The notes under the pieces: model-generated
Seen by the model: only the letters and a program-made list of their open reading frames with translations
Database searches by the model: none
What the model was told of the DNA's origin: nothing
Assembly: GCF_001194135.2 (NCBI RefSeq)
Contig: NC_069000.1
Location: forward strand, 17,384,198-17,429,906
Direction of reading: 5' to 3'
From: Octopus bimaculoides
Taxonomy: Eukaryota
Length of the DNA stretch: 45,709 bases
Program-made: the position numbers and the translations under genes
Part shown: positions 23,640-36,069 of the stretch, piece by piece
How the letters are laid out: every line of letters starts with the position of its first letter
Position numbering within the stretch: the first letter of the stretch is position 1

Positions 23640-23915
23640 CGGAATAAGAATTAAATAACGCACAAGGGAACGATACGTGAGAGTGGTAGGGGAATTAGAG
23701 AGTGGGGCGGGATCAGTTAGTAAGAGTAAAATAGTGTTTAAGATTTAGATCTAAGACTTCAATTCAGTTACGTATGTGCATTAAATTAAGCTACAAATGA
23801 TTAATATCACAGCTATGGAGTCCTTCCAATGATAGGGGGTCACGAAGGATAAAGAAAGAATATCAACAAACAGGAAAACATTCAAAGGTGCAGAAATTTG
23901 TGTGACAGGCTCAAA
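23640..23915 (+). promoter_or_regulatory. Probable DEDD promoter / 5' leader
   Basis: GC box GGGGCGGG at 23704-23711 and raised CpG content, directly upstream of the AAAATGG start. Confidence 0.45.
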
Positions 23916-24399
23916 ATGGCGGTTGATGGTGAAAAAGCTCTTCGACAATCTAAGGTGGAGAACTGTCAACAGATGCTCTCTCTTAATGAAATGTTCCATC
24001 TTGTCGGAGATAGGCTGACCCCGAAAGAAGTAGTGTGCCTCACCAAAAACGGACTCTCCGATGTCTCTTCAAACTTAGGAAAAGACTCAAAAAGCCCCTC
24101 GGATGCTAGTGTTTGTAATAACAACACGGCCAGCAGTAGTAGAACAGTTCGTTCTCATGCGACGGAAGCTAAAAACATTTCATCTCCTCCACAAAGCTCT
24201 TCTTCCAGACCAAGAGTGACGAACGAAATCGACCAGAGATCTTTGATGAAAAAGGTGAACGATGGCTACGACTACTTCATGGCTTTAGAAAGGGCAGGTA
24301 TGGTCGACGGTACGAACTTCGGCAAGATCCTGCATGCTCTTGCAATCACAGGCCGACAGGACCTCCTCCCTTACGTCACCCTTCGTCGACGAAAAACTG
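23916..24399 (+). CDS. DEDD: DEDD coding exon 1: death effector domain with an Ser/Asn-rich insertion
   Basis: SLNEMFHLVGDRLTPKEVVCL...DGYDYFMALERAG..NFGKILHAL..GRQDLLPYVTLRRRKT aligns by eye with vertebrate DEDD (..FLLALERQG..RHDLLPYVTLKRR). Strong start context; phase-1 donor G|GTAAGT. ATG at 23916 preferred over the TTG at 23898. Confidence 0.93.
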
Positions 24400-25453
24400 G
24401 TAAGTTTATTACAGAAATAATGATAATAGTTATAGGAGTCATGTTGATCATATTATTAACCACAGCAAAAATAAAGAAACGGTAAAATAGAACTGAACAT
24501 GCATGTATACATGCACAAACATATACATACATACACAGACATGTATGTATATGTAATTTATTTGTGTAAGCATACATGTATGTATAAAGAATTGCTGTGT
24601 GTATGTGTTATTGTTATTATTTTGCCTCCAGGTTAGCAATGACCAAAGGCGTTCCGAGTATGACCATTTCGTATTTTATTTAGACAATATATCTAAGATT
24701 ACATTTGCCAATGTGTCCTAAAGACAGTAAGGATGGGATTTGAGGGAGATTTGGCTAATACTTCTAGTAGGTCGAGCGACCACATAAAAGCTCCCTCGTT
24801 AGCTTATGATTCTCTCTCTATATATATATGTGGACACTTATACTCAGTTTTTCTGTTCATGCGATATAGAAGTCTTTCGAAACCATAATTATTGTATTAG
24901 ATATATATACACACACCATACGATAGTTTTTAGATTTGATACATACGATATTGTAAGACATTTAAAATAGTATATTAACACACTAGCGCTAATGAACGCA
25001 CACGTATACATGTAAACAAATACTTTATATAATATATGTATAGGCTATATATATATATATATATATATATATTGATTTGGATGTATTNNNNNNNNNNNNN
25101 NNNNNNNNNNNNNNNNNNNNNNNNNNNNNNNNNNNNNNNNNNNNNNNNNNNNNNNNNNNNNNNNNNNNNNNNNNNNNNNNNNNNNNNNNNNNNNNNNNNN
25201 NNNNNNNNNNNNNNNNNNNNNNNNNNNNNNNNNNNNNNNNNNNNNNNNNNNNNNNNNNNNNNNNNNNNNNNNNNNNNNNNNNNNNNNNNNNNNNNNNNNN
25301 NNNNNNNNNNNNNNNNNNNNNNNNNNNNNNNNNNNNNNNNNNNNNNNNNNNNNNNNNNNNNNNNNNNNNNNNNNNNNNNNNNNNNNNNNNNNNNNNNNNN
25401 NNNNNNNNNNNNNNNNNNNNNNNNNNNNNNNNNNNNNNNNNNNNNNNNNNNNN

Positions 25454-25484
<31 letters not shown>

Positions 25485-26240
25485 CCCATCTTCTATACCG
25501 ACCCTTTTGCTAATGTCTTTGTGTATGAAAACCACACTGCTTCCTGGCGAGGAAACAAACATGAAGAAGTTAATATAAAGCGATTGGACGGATCATTTTC
25601 GTATGTGTATTGGCGAAAGAAATTCATAATTTTTAAGATAAAAAAATCTCGACTCATCGGAAGTGTGTAAACATTTGCTTTAGAATCCATGATAAATGTA
25701 TGGGCTTATATTCGTATGCAAGTGAATGGGATAGATAAACTGCTAATTTTCTGAAGGAAAGAGAGTGAATGTATTATAGTTGGGTCGAAGAGAGTGAATG
25801 TATTATATATAGTTGGGTCGAATTTGTATGGTAGTTATTTTTTATGAAAGGTACCTGCAACCCCACTTAGCAGATTCGAACTCAGACCCGGGATGAAAGT
25901 AACTACTAGAATATCGGCCATGTTCACTATTTATTTATTCCCCACTTTTTTCTCTCTCGTGTGTGTGTGTGTGTGTATATATATATGTATGTATACATTG
26001 GTGTAATAACAATGAACAGTAAATGTCCCTCCTCATATCTCCCCCCCCCCTTAACTAACGCGATTATTATTTGCATATATATATATATATGTGTGTGTGT
26101 ATTGAACTGCTTACTACAACCAAAACGTAAATGATCAATCTATTTTTCTCCCACTTTCAACTAAAAAATATTTTAAAATACAATGAGTAAAAAATTTTCA
26201 TTGTTTATCGTTCTTTGTCTTATAACTCGTGTGTATGTAT

Positions 26241-26321
<81 letters not shown>

Positions 26322-27530
26322 CGCCATGGTGATCTTGTTCTTAGTGAACTGAGTTGGCTATTCGGTTTCGATTCCAAGACCAAGGTTTTAAAATTTTCAC
26401 TTCATTTAAAATGTCGACTTAATAGCTATGAGAAGAGGCATGAATGCCGTAATTCCCCACAGACGTCAGTAAGTACTGATTTTCTAAAGTAAAAAAAGAG
26501 TGGAAATAAATCATGGATGTATGTATATATTCCCAAAGATATATGGTGTGTTTTGTGTACACACATAGATACAAGAATATTCCTACTTTCACTGTTTTTT
26601 TTTATTATTTAATCAAGGAGTCTTCTTTCCCCATTCCTATACGGGAAGCAGTTGTTTCTCTTCCTCTTCAGTAATATTTATTTTCTTATCTCCCCCTTAT
26701 TAACCATTGTATGTTTATTTTTCTACATCTCCCACTCCACGTTTAATCAGCCATTCTAATGGTTTTTATTGTCGGTAATATTAGGGTTTTTTCTTATGTT
26801 AAAAAACGCTAGAGCCCCTACTAGCCTGGCCAGGGAGTTAGTGTTGTGAGCCTCTGCCCGATCAGGTTTCGTTCAACGAGACTTTATTACCATGTTACCT
26901 TTTTTTTTAATATGGACGACCCAGTTGATTTTGTTGGTTCAGCTCTGCTGCACAGCACCCAGACTTTCATAGGTGGGTGATCTTTGTGTGTATAGAAGAA
27001 AAAAAAAGGTAGAGTAGTACTGCATTAGGGTTAGTATCTGCATATATATCTTTCTATAAGATATTTTAATCGGGATTGTTTTTTTCTTTTAGTTTTTTTT
27101 TTTCCATTTTCAATACACATCCAGTCATGAAAGTATTTCCAACCCAGCTGCTTCGTTATAGGATGAATTTTTAAAAGCATTGGATAAGATCATCTTCCTC
27201 CTCATCATCAACACTGTTTTGACGTCCGACATTGCATAATCGTGCATGCGCCTACAATTTCCATTTCCCTCACATCCCTTTATCCGTGTCTGCATGATGT
27301 TTGTTGTATGGAATCACAAACATGTCGTTCCTCTAATGTTTTTCCCACTACTGTCAATACATACATGCAAACACACAGAGACACACAATCAAAAAGTTAC
27401 CAAAAGACTTGAATTATTATTCTTAGATAAGTTCCAAATATCTAAGCTTGAGAAGAATTTTCTTCTTCCGTTTATTATAACCAATGCGTTTATGTATGTA
27501 TGTATATATATTAAATCGCAAATTAAACGT

Positions 27531-27962
27531 AGCTCTAGTAATGTAAACATTATCAGTCACACACCACAGTGTATGTAATTTGTTTATATGCTCATTTGCT
27601 GCGGGATATCATCCTGGGAAAGATCCCTACACAACACCGAGTATTAATGAACACCAAATGCCCCATACTGAGTGAAACAACTTGCCTCAGATGACTGAGA
27701 ATGGTAGATACTGGTATTTCACCGTTATTATGGCTTATCAATATCATGTACTTGGATCAACCTCAAAACAAAACAGAGTGAAATTTATTTACTGATGTGC
27801 TGCATCATAGCACATGGGACAAAAAAAAATTTTAAGCAGCTCTAGTAATGTAAACACTATCAGTTGCTCATACATAGTGTATGTGTTTTGTTTATACACT
27901 CATTTGCTGTGGGATAGCAGCTGGGGAAAGCTCCCTACATGATGCCAAGTGTTAAAGAACAC
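27531..27962 (+). repeat. Diverged direct duplication of about 125 bp (27531-27655 and 27838-27962)
   Basis: Both copies start AGCTCTAGTAATGTAAACA and share CTCATTTGCTG-GGGATA and GGGAAAG-TCCCTACA; offset 307 bp. Confidence 0.85.
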
Positions 27963-28159
27963 TGAGTGCAATGTCCGTTCTTCTATGCTTGCGTGGAACA
28001 GACAAAATTTGTTGAAACAAATTGTCTACAGACAGACACCCTTCCTTTCATCAAATCTTACCTGTTTTCAAGCAAAGTCTTATTTCCCCTTGGCCTGTCA
28101 GGTTTTTCTCGTAGAAAACTGGAAACGAACATCATTTGCATCATGTGTGTGTGTATGTG

Positions 28160-28350
28160 TATATATGAATGTAAATGGAACTTGTGGAAGATGGAGATCC
28201 AAGAAGACATGGGATAAAGTAGTGAAGACTGATCTGAAAATGTTGAGCCTCATGGAGGGGATGACAGAAACACTAAATTGAATGGTGATGTGTTGTGCTT
28301 GAAAATACTTGTCCATCTCAGCAAAAAGGAGTTCCTGTCAAGCTTTGACC
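28160..28350 (+). mobile_element. RTE LINE 3' end
   Basis: GTCGRWRSKKTWDKVVKTDLKMLSLMEGMT motif; similar to 29290-29480. Confidence 0.75.
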
Positions 28351-28574
28351 CACAACTCATCTTCCCCCCACATATATATATATATATATCGAGTGAGAGA
28401 TGTATACATATACATGCACACACGACGTTCTTCTTTCAGGTTCTGTCTCTCAAATTCACTCACAAGACTGGTTGGCTTGAAGCTTATAGTGGCAGTTACT
28501 TGCCCAAGGTTTTTGTGACTGACCCTGAGATCAAATGTTATAGGCTTGGTAATCCTCTACAGTGTGAGGACTGA

Positions 28575-29480
28575 AGGCATGAGATGTTCTGGATTGCAAT
28601 ATAATATATTAGGAAAGTCAAAATGTTGTTGGCAGAAAGACAGACAGAATGTTAATCCTTTCAGGTAAATGGCCCTGTTTGATATGTAGAAGAGGTGTTT
28701 GTAGAAATCCCATATGGTGTACATGGTACAAACTATGGACTTATAAGAGCTGCAGTGAAATCACATGAAGGTTAACAGAGAAATTAAACTTTGTGGCAGA
28801 TGCGTAGGTGCAATAAATGTTTAAGCCACAAAGGAAATAAGTTTTCTGGAATGCCCAGGAGGATTATTAGAAGTGGTAAGTAATTTGTTACCTAGGAGAC
28901 TTAATTAGCATTGGAGGGAAATGTACTGAAAGTTTAGTTGCTAGAATAACGATTGGCTGGAGAAAGTTCCGAGAGCTATTACCTCTGTTGGTAACCAAAA
29001 GCCTATCTCAGAGTGGAAGGCAGATTCTATGTCGCATGTTAGTATATGAACAGCAATGCTACATGGTTGTGAGATTTGGGCCATGAATACAGAGGATATG
29101 TGAAGACTAGAAAGAAATGAAGCCGGATGTGCAATGTCAGTGTGCTTGTATGACAAAGTACAAAGATGTTGAGAGAAAAATTGGGCTTAGGAAGCATCAG
29201 ATGTGGTCTGCGAGAGAGAAGACTATGTTGGTATGGTTTTATGATGCAGATGGATCAGAACAGCTGTATAAAGAAGTGTTGATTGCTAGATGTGGGTGGA
29301 ATTTGTGGAAGACAAAGACTCAGGAAGACATAGGATGATGTAGTGACAGGATGATGACCTGAAAATACTGAGCCTCATGCAAGAGATGACAAAAATACAA
29401 AGATGAATGGTGATATGTTGTGCTTGAAAAAACTTGTCCATCTCAGCAAAAAAGGAGGTCCTGTAAGTCTTGACCCACAA
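28575..29480 (+). mobile_element. Degenerate RTE(-X-like) LINE ORF2 3' region
   Basis: Remnants of the Cys-rich SGKWPC..CR..V.RN.I.C...KLW..K.CS insert, LREKLGLRSIRCGLRERRLCWYG, and the RTE 3' terminal motif. Confidence 0.75.
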
Positions 29481-31510
29481 CTCTTCTTCTAACACCCATT
29501 GCTCCATTAATCTTCTGCAATACTATACACTCATGTTCTGTAAATCCTTGCATCTATCTATCCTTGCACTTTGGATTGTATCTTTATCACTGTTCTTTAT
29601 AACCTTTCCTCTTCCCAGAGGTACTCCTATTTCCTTCATTTTCCTTCTCCCAAACTGATAATCACTATCCACCACTGTCCCAATAGCTGTAGCGATTTAC
29701 TCTGTCCATTTATCTGAAGCCTAAACTAATATTTTGATTGTGAATTTTTCCTTTTTGAATATATATATATATATATAATGTTGGGTAACCTAGGAAGTGT
29801 ACTTAGGCCACCATGCGTAATATCAAGAAATATGGCATACACATATTGAATATAATTTTATCAAATTCCTTGGTGCTTCTACAAAATAATGAAATGGATA
29901 CTAATTTTCAAAAGAAAAATATTTATTAGCTTAAAATAAAATTAAATAAAACAAATTTCTCATTTGTATAATTCCTCTTCTTTCTCTGACTCTCTCTCAT
30001 TATGTGTATGTGTGAAATGTTCCTTTACTCGTTACCTGCCTCCCAAGTTTAGTATGTGCTCTCATCCCGAACTTCTCTATATCTCTCATTTACCCCCCCC
30101 CCCCCCCCTCTCTATGTGATGTAAAGCATGACTACAGAAATCAACCAACCAACTAACCAACATTTTATATTGGCTATTGTTATATAGAAATTGTGCAGCA
30201 TTAGCAATATATTTGAGTGGGTAAAATAGACTTCCAGCACATGGATCATGAGTTCACATCTGCTGGAAGTATTTTGATTTGCACCTCTGAACAAGACACA
30301 TAGGTTCAGCAAGTTCTCAGTTCAGCCATTTGTGAAAATTTAAATATAAGACAGGAATCTACCTGCATTAGAATACAAAGTTAAAATGATAAAATCAGAT
30401 TCTTAGAAAATAAATGATGGTCGAACGCTTGTATTCTATTACTTGCATATGTATTATGCATGTGCTTGAAAATATTTTTCTTTGCTGGTTTTTGGAGAGG
30501 AGGATAGTTTAGTATAGGCTTTCTTAATTGGTGTCAGTATGTAAATGATTTTCTCACAAAGAGGGCTTTACTGAAGTGCCCTCTGTTGCAAGCATTCAAG
30601 TCAGTAGTGTTTAGCCCCAGTTCAGCCTCAATCCAATAGACTTATAACTGGGCATTCTAGCCTTGACCATCCTGTTTTCTATGTTTCTTTCCCTCTTTTT
30701 GTGATAGCATTAGAAATTGGTCAGCTGGCAACTCTATATCTTTTTATTTTTAGCTAAGTAAACTTTATGTAAAAGACTTCCTCTGCTTCTTAGATGGTAC
30801 ACCTATCTTTTATAGCCTAAATTACTACTAATCTACTATCATATTGGTTAGTGGATTACAGAAGGTTGTCTTCTAGAAATACCATTTTGTCTTCTGTGTT
30901 GGTGTTCTCCTTCTAGTTAAGGTTTTTACTTTGACCTCACAAACCACTAATATATCTTGAGAGCACATTTCTCACCATAGATGGACTTGTATTCTTGAAC
31001 ATTTCTTTTTGGATCTGCATCATCATTATCATCATCACCATTTTCCACACTGGCATGGGTTGGGTAGTTTGACAGGTGCTGCATCAGCTTCCATTCTTTG
31101 TTTTGGTTTGGTTTCTACAGCTGGATGCCCTTCCTAATACCAACCATAGAATAAAATATATTTACTTCTTAGTTCCACTTTATCAATAGATGACTAGTTA
31201 GTGAATTTCCTTTCCCTGAAGTGTATGTTATTGCACAATGAGTTTATATTAGAAGATTAATGCTTTCTTTCAACTATAATTCATCCATTCTTGTAATTTT
31301 TTTTACATTTTCATTGAAATCTTCTACCCTAAAATTCACCTTCTTCTCGAGTTTTGACAAAGACCTTGTAGAACTGATCTTATTTGTTATAACATGAGAC
31401 ATATGTTGAGATTTCAGTGGTTATCATGTCATGAATCTAAGCATTACAATACAATACCCCTCTCATAAGAGCCACTCTTGTCATGAGACTAATACATCTT
31501 CTGTTATGAG

Positions 31511-31706
31511 CAAAGTATTACTCCTGTCATCAACCTGGTACTATTCCTGTCAAAGTATTACTCCTGTCATCAACCTGGTACTATTCCTGTCAAAGTANNN
31601 NNNNNNNATCAACCTGGTACTATTCCTGTCAAAGTATTACTCCTGTCATCAACCTGGTACTATTCCTGTCAAAGTATTACTCCTGTCATCAACCAGGTAC
31701 TATTCC
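31511..31706. repeat. 40-bp minisatellite CAAAGTATTACTCCTGTCATCAACCTGGTACTATTCCTGT, at least 4-5 units, collapsed over a gap
   Basis: Head-to-tail identical units with no spacers; N-run at about 31598-31607. Confidence 0.95.
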
Positions 31707-32864
31707 TGTGATAGGGGCAGTGATAGGCACTGCCCCTATCACAAGCCTGGCACCATTCCTCTGAGCCAGTTACCAACCCTACCACAAGCCTAGTAAAGCT
31801 CTATTATGAGCCTGACACTGAACCTATCCCAACACCACTTAGCTGATCTTGTAAACCATCCAAACAGCTACAGATCAATATAATCCTATTTATAGTTTTT
31901 TTCTTTATAACAAATTATCTTCTCAACATACTTGAGGCTATCATAATTTTACTTATCATTTGATTATTTACACCTCTTTGTGTTGCTTTCTTAGGTATTG
32001 TGGAAAATTCGAAAGGAGGCAGTACCACTCCTTGATAGAAACAATAGAAATGACAACGAGCAGAATAAATTGGAGAAACTCTTGTATAGTTCCATACCCT
32101 GTTGCCAAAACTTAAATTATGTAAATGGTCATAATTAACATGATCAGTGAAATTTTTCAATTTAGACTTGAATGTTCTTCCAGTTTTTTTTATTGTGATA
32201 AGCAAGCTACTTACCACACAGCCATTTTTTAAAATTAAATATTTGGATGGAAATTCTATTTCTATTTTATATCAAAAGTGATTCTATATTTTAAATTGTG
32301 TGACAAAACAAAACATTAAGTTGTCCATGGTAGAAGCCTAACCATCCTCTCCATGTTATCTTCCTAATATAGAAAGTTGCCCCTTCACTTTCTAACATTT
32401 GTTTTATCTTCTGTCACAACATGCTCAATATGGTGTTAGGAAATGGATGGGAAAAGCAGGGATAGCCTAGGCAGTGTGATAGCAGATGCTATTTATGCAT
32501 GACAGGAGAATTTGGATTTGTATGTATGATATCACACTTATCATTTATGCATGTCCAAATTTTATGTTCGAAATATATCCAGTTGGATAATATGTTTCTG
32601 GAATTTGATAATTTGTAACAAGTAAATAGAAGCAGACTAATTTGGCAATCCTTGAATTCAAAACATTATTTTAGTTTTGTCATTTTTCATTGAGTTATCA
32701 TTTTATCTGGCAGCTAGTAAAGAATTTATTTTTGTTCTGGAGTTGTGCCTGTAACCAACTTGCTTATTATAGGCTTGAAGCATTTTGCATTATTGTTCAT
32801 TGTTATCGTTGTTGTACACATATAAAACATATTTATATGCATACACACACACACATATATTCTT

Positions 32865-33056
32865 TTATTTGTTTGTCATTTGACTATGACCATGCTGTAG
32901 CACCACCTTGAAGGGTTTTAATTGAACCCCAGGATTTATTTTTTTGAAACCTAGTATTTATTCTATCAGTCCTTTTGCTGAATCACTAAGTTATGGGAGC
33001 GTAAACACACCAATACCGGTTGTCAAATGGTAATGGAGAGGCAGACATAAAGGCAT

Positions 33057-33089
<33 letters not shown>

Positions 33090-33240
33090 CGATGGGCTTC
33101 TTTCAGTTTCCATGTGCCAAATCCACTCACAAGGCTTTGGTCAGCCCAAGGCTATAGTAGAAGACACTTGCCCAAGGTTCCACACAGTGGGACTGAACCA
33201 TGTGGTTGGGAAGCAAGCTTCTTACCACAGCCATGCCTGT
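32865..33240 (-). mobile_element. Near full-length tRNA-headed SINE family A, antisense in DEDD intron 1
   Basis: Matches the 13930-14264 copy. Confidence 0.85.
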
Positions 33241-34168
33241 ATATATATCATCATCTTCTTCATTTAGCATCTGTTTTCTATGCTTGCATGGGTTAGACAG
33301 AAAATTGGAACTGGTAAGCTGGCTCCAGTCTGTTTTGGTTTGGTTCCTACAATTGGATGCCCTTTCTAACATCAGCCATTCCATAGAGTGTACTAGGTGT
33401 CTTTTATGTATCACTGGCACAGGTGCCTTTTACGTGTCACCAGCATAGATACCTTTTTACATGTTACCAGCAGGTACTTCACACGTGTTACTGTCACCAG
33501 CACTAGCCATGACGAAAATTTCACTTCTCGTGAAGTGTCTTCTGAAGCCTAGCAAATTGCCAAAAGTTTTGGTCTCTCTCTCTGTCTGTCTGTGTGTGTG
33601 TGTGTGAGATAAACAAAGAATTTATCTCTACTTACCTCCTCATCACATGTACTCACATGCCAAAAAAAAGCCACCTTCAGGCAGACTTTTAGTCAAGCTC
33701 CTGAGTAAGGCTGATAAGCCTTCAGCTTAAAGTATGACCATAAAATGAAAGACATGTAAAAAAAAATATGGAGGCATGAAATAACATTAATAGTTCTTTC
33801 TATGCATAAATAAAATTTATCATGTAAAATTTTTTTTAAGTCAAAACTTTACCCAGTCTTTTGGTTACCACTGATTTTTAGTGATTTGTCTTGTCTAAAA
33901 TTTCATCTGATTATGTGGAATTGAAGCTTCAGTGAATTTTTCCCTTCTTTTTGCTGGAATTTTCCAGTTTCCCATATTCTGGCTTTCAATGTTCTTTCCA
34001 ATGCATTGTTTTCTCCTCCCTTCCAGTCTTGGTTTACCACCTTTCAATCTTGGTGTCAATATGTAACATCATTTCAGTATAATTTTTCCCATTTGTAAAT
34101 TCCAATTTGACTTCAAAAAACCATTTGAAACAAACTTCAAGTTGTCTCATGATATAAATGAAGTTGTT

Positions 34169-34207
<39 letters not shown>

Positions 34208-34827
34208 AGAAAAGAACTCAATACAAGGGAACTGACATGGATTTCTTCTCAGAGAAAGGATTTGGCCAATAACAAAATTGCTACTTGATGTCTCATTTCA
34301 GACCAACATAAGGAGTACTTTACAGCCAAAGAATATATAAAAGTTTAAGGAGTTCCAAATTTTTTCACTGCTTGTCATACAATTTCTGAATAGGCTAAAT
34401 TTATTCTCCAATAAATATTCATCTTGTACTTCTACTTCAATAGTTATACCTCTTAGTTTACATTTTGCTGGCTGTGAGAACTAAAGTGTTGTCTCAAAAT
34501 GCTCTTTTGATTGCAATGTATGATGGACATTTACACTGCAGTCAAAGTCTGAGAGGACAATGTTGACTAAAATTATTGAAGTGGAAGTGATAGTGGCTAT
34601 TGTATTATCTTGTAACTTTCAGAACTCAACACTGCAAGCCAATAAAACATTAAGCTGTTATACAGAGCACATGTTCCTCACATCACTGAAGTGAGAATCC
34701 TCTTCTCATTGTGTCCATGTATATATTAAAAAGTTTATCATCTCTACAGTTGAGGCCAGTAGTTTGAGTATATTAATTGACTTATGTTTTTAGTGCTGAC
34801 ATTCCTAATGGGGAGTTTCTTTTACAG

Positions 34828-35073
34828 TTACACCTGATCCTGTTGATGAATACCTTGAAGAAACCTCTCGTAATGGCCAGAAGAGACCCATCGACTCTTC
34901 TTTGTCTTCAACCACAAAAGGCTCAACTGCCACTGTAACTGGGACCCCAGCCAAAAGACCAAGAAAATCTCGTGCTGGCCGTAGCAACCGTAAATCAAAA
35001 ACCCGGATATCACAAGATAGTGACATGAACAAATCACAGGATTCGGATGACATTAAAAAGAAAGTAACTTGCG
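34828..35073 (+). CDS. DEDD: DEDD coding exon 2: linker with basic, NLS-like region
   Basis: CTAAT at 34805, TTTTACAG| acceptor. (V)TPDPVDEYLEETS corresponds to vertebrate VCPDLVDKYLEETS; PAKRPRKSRAGRSNRKSK; ..KKKVTC; donor G|GTGAGT; 246 nt, phase 1-1. Confidence 0.92.
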
Positions 35074-36069
35074 GTGAGTGCTGTTTGCTATCTCTTTTCA
35101 CCTGTTGCAACATATGTAGTGTGTAGTACAGACTGACAGTTGTGTATGGCAATGGTGGGTGTCTTGAGTGCCGTCTTGATGTAATATAGAGCAATAAGCA
35201 CAATTGTATTGGGATATAATTGTACTGTCCTTAATATGTGATGTGGTCAAACACTGTCTAATGTGTTTAGTTATTACAGTATTTGTGATATTTATTGTAT
35301 GATTTAAAAAAAAAACTGTAGAGAAACTCTAAGCCTTGTCACTGCTGTAAAACACAATGCTGTAATTGTTTTTAGATATTTCTATCTTTATACCAAACAG
35401 TTACTGTGTTACTGTAAACTTCATTGTGACTGCTTTTATAGAAACACTACATTATGAATAGGTAAGATTTGAAACAGCATTCATAAGTGGGACTCTGATA
35501 CAAGAGTTCTATGGTTTTGAGGAGTGTGGAACCACCTCTTAGCCACTTATTTTTCCTAGGTTTAATCTGACCCTGAATAGTAGCACCTGTTAGGGTCCCA
35601 GCTATGGGTTAACTAGCATGTGAAGCACTGGGAATGAAGGTCCCCTAGTTCTTGTTAGGACTTTCTTCTTGGAGAAAGTAAATTTGTATTAAAAAAAAAC
35701 CTGAAATGCAGTTAATTTCTGGTCGTCTCAACCTTTGCTGTGCCACTGGTTTTATAGCTGATTGCATTGAAAAGTGGGCTCTGTGCTGTGCAACACTTCA
35801 CCCACTCAAAACAAATTCATGCACATGAATTTCTTGTACTCTTGGAACTTACTGATTTTAAGAAGCAGTCATGAGTTGACTTTCATGACATTATGAATGA
35901 TTTGGTTTCTGTTCCTCATCAGGCGCCCCATATCTGTTATGTTTGTGTATGTGTCAGAGGACGTGTTTGCAATGTTAGATTTTTTCATTTGTCATGTCAA
36001 CCAAACTTATTGACACGTTCAAATTCTATTGGATATAAAGAATAAAAAGTTTTGAATGGTACAGCAATA

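Noticed and set aside
31511-31706. Regular 40-bp repeats considered as a CRISPR array
   Set aside because: No unique spacers, no cas genes, eukaryotic context; it is a minisatellite.
34171-34206. Long poly-T tract (another near 38874-38896)
   Set aside because: Probably retroposon poly(A) tails or slippage; no attached processed gene recognised.
35074-35126. Exon-2 read-through giving a Cys-rich tail GECCLLSLFTCCNICSV*
   Set aside because: Cys is not at -4, so it is not a CaaX box; there is no nearby AATAAA and the donor is strong.
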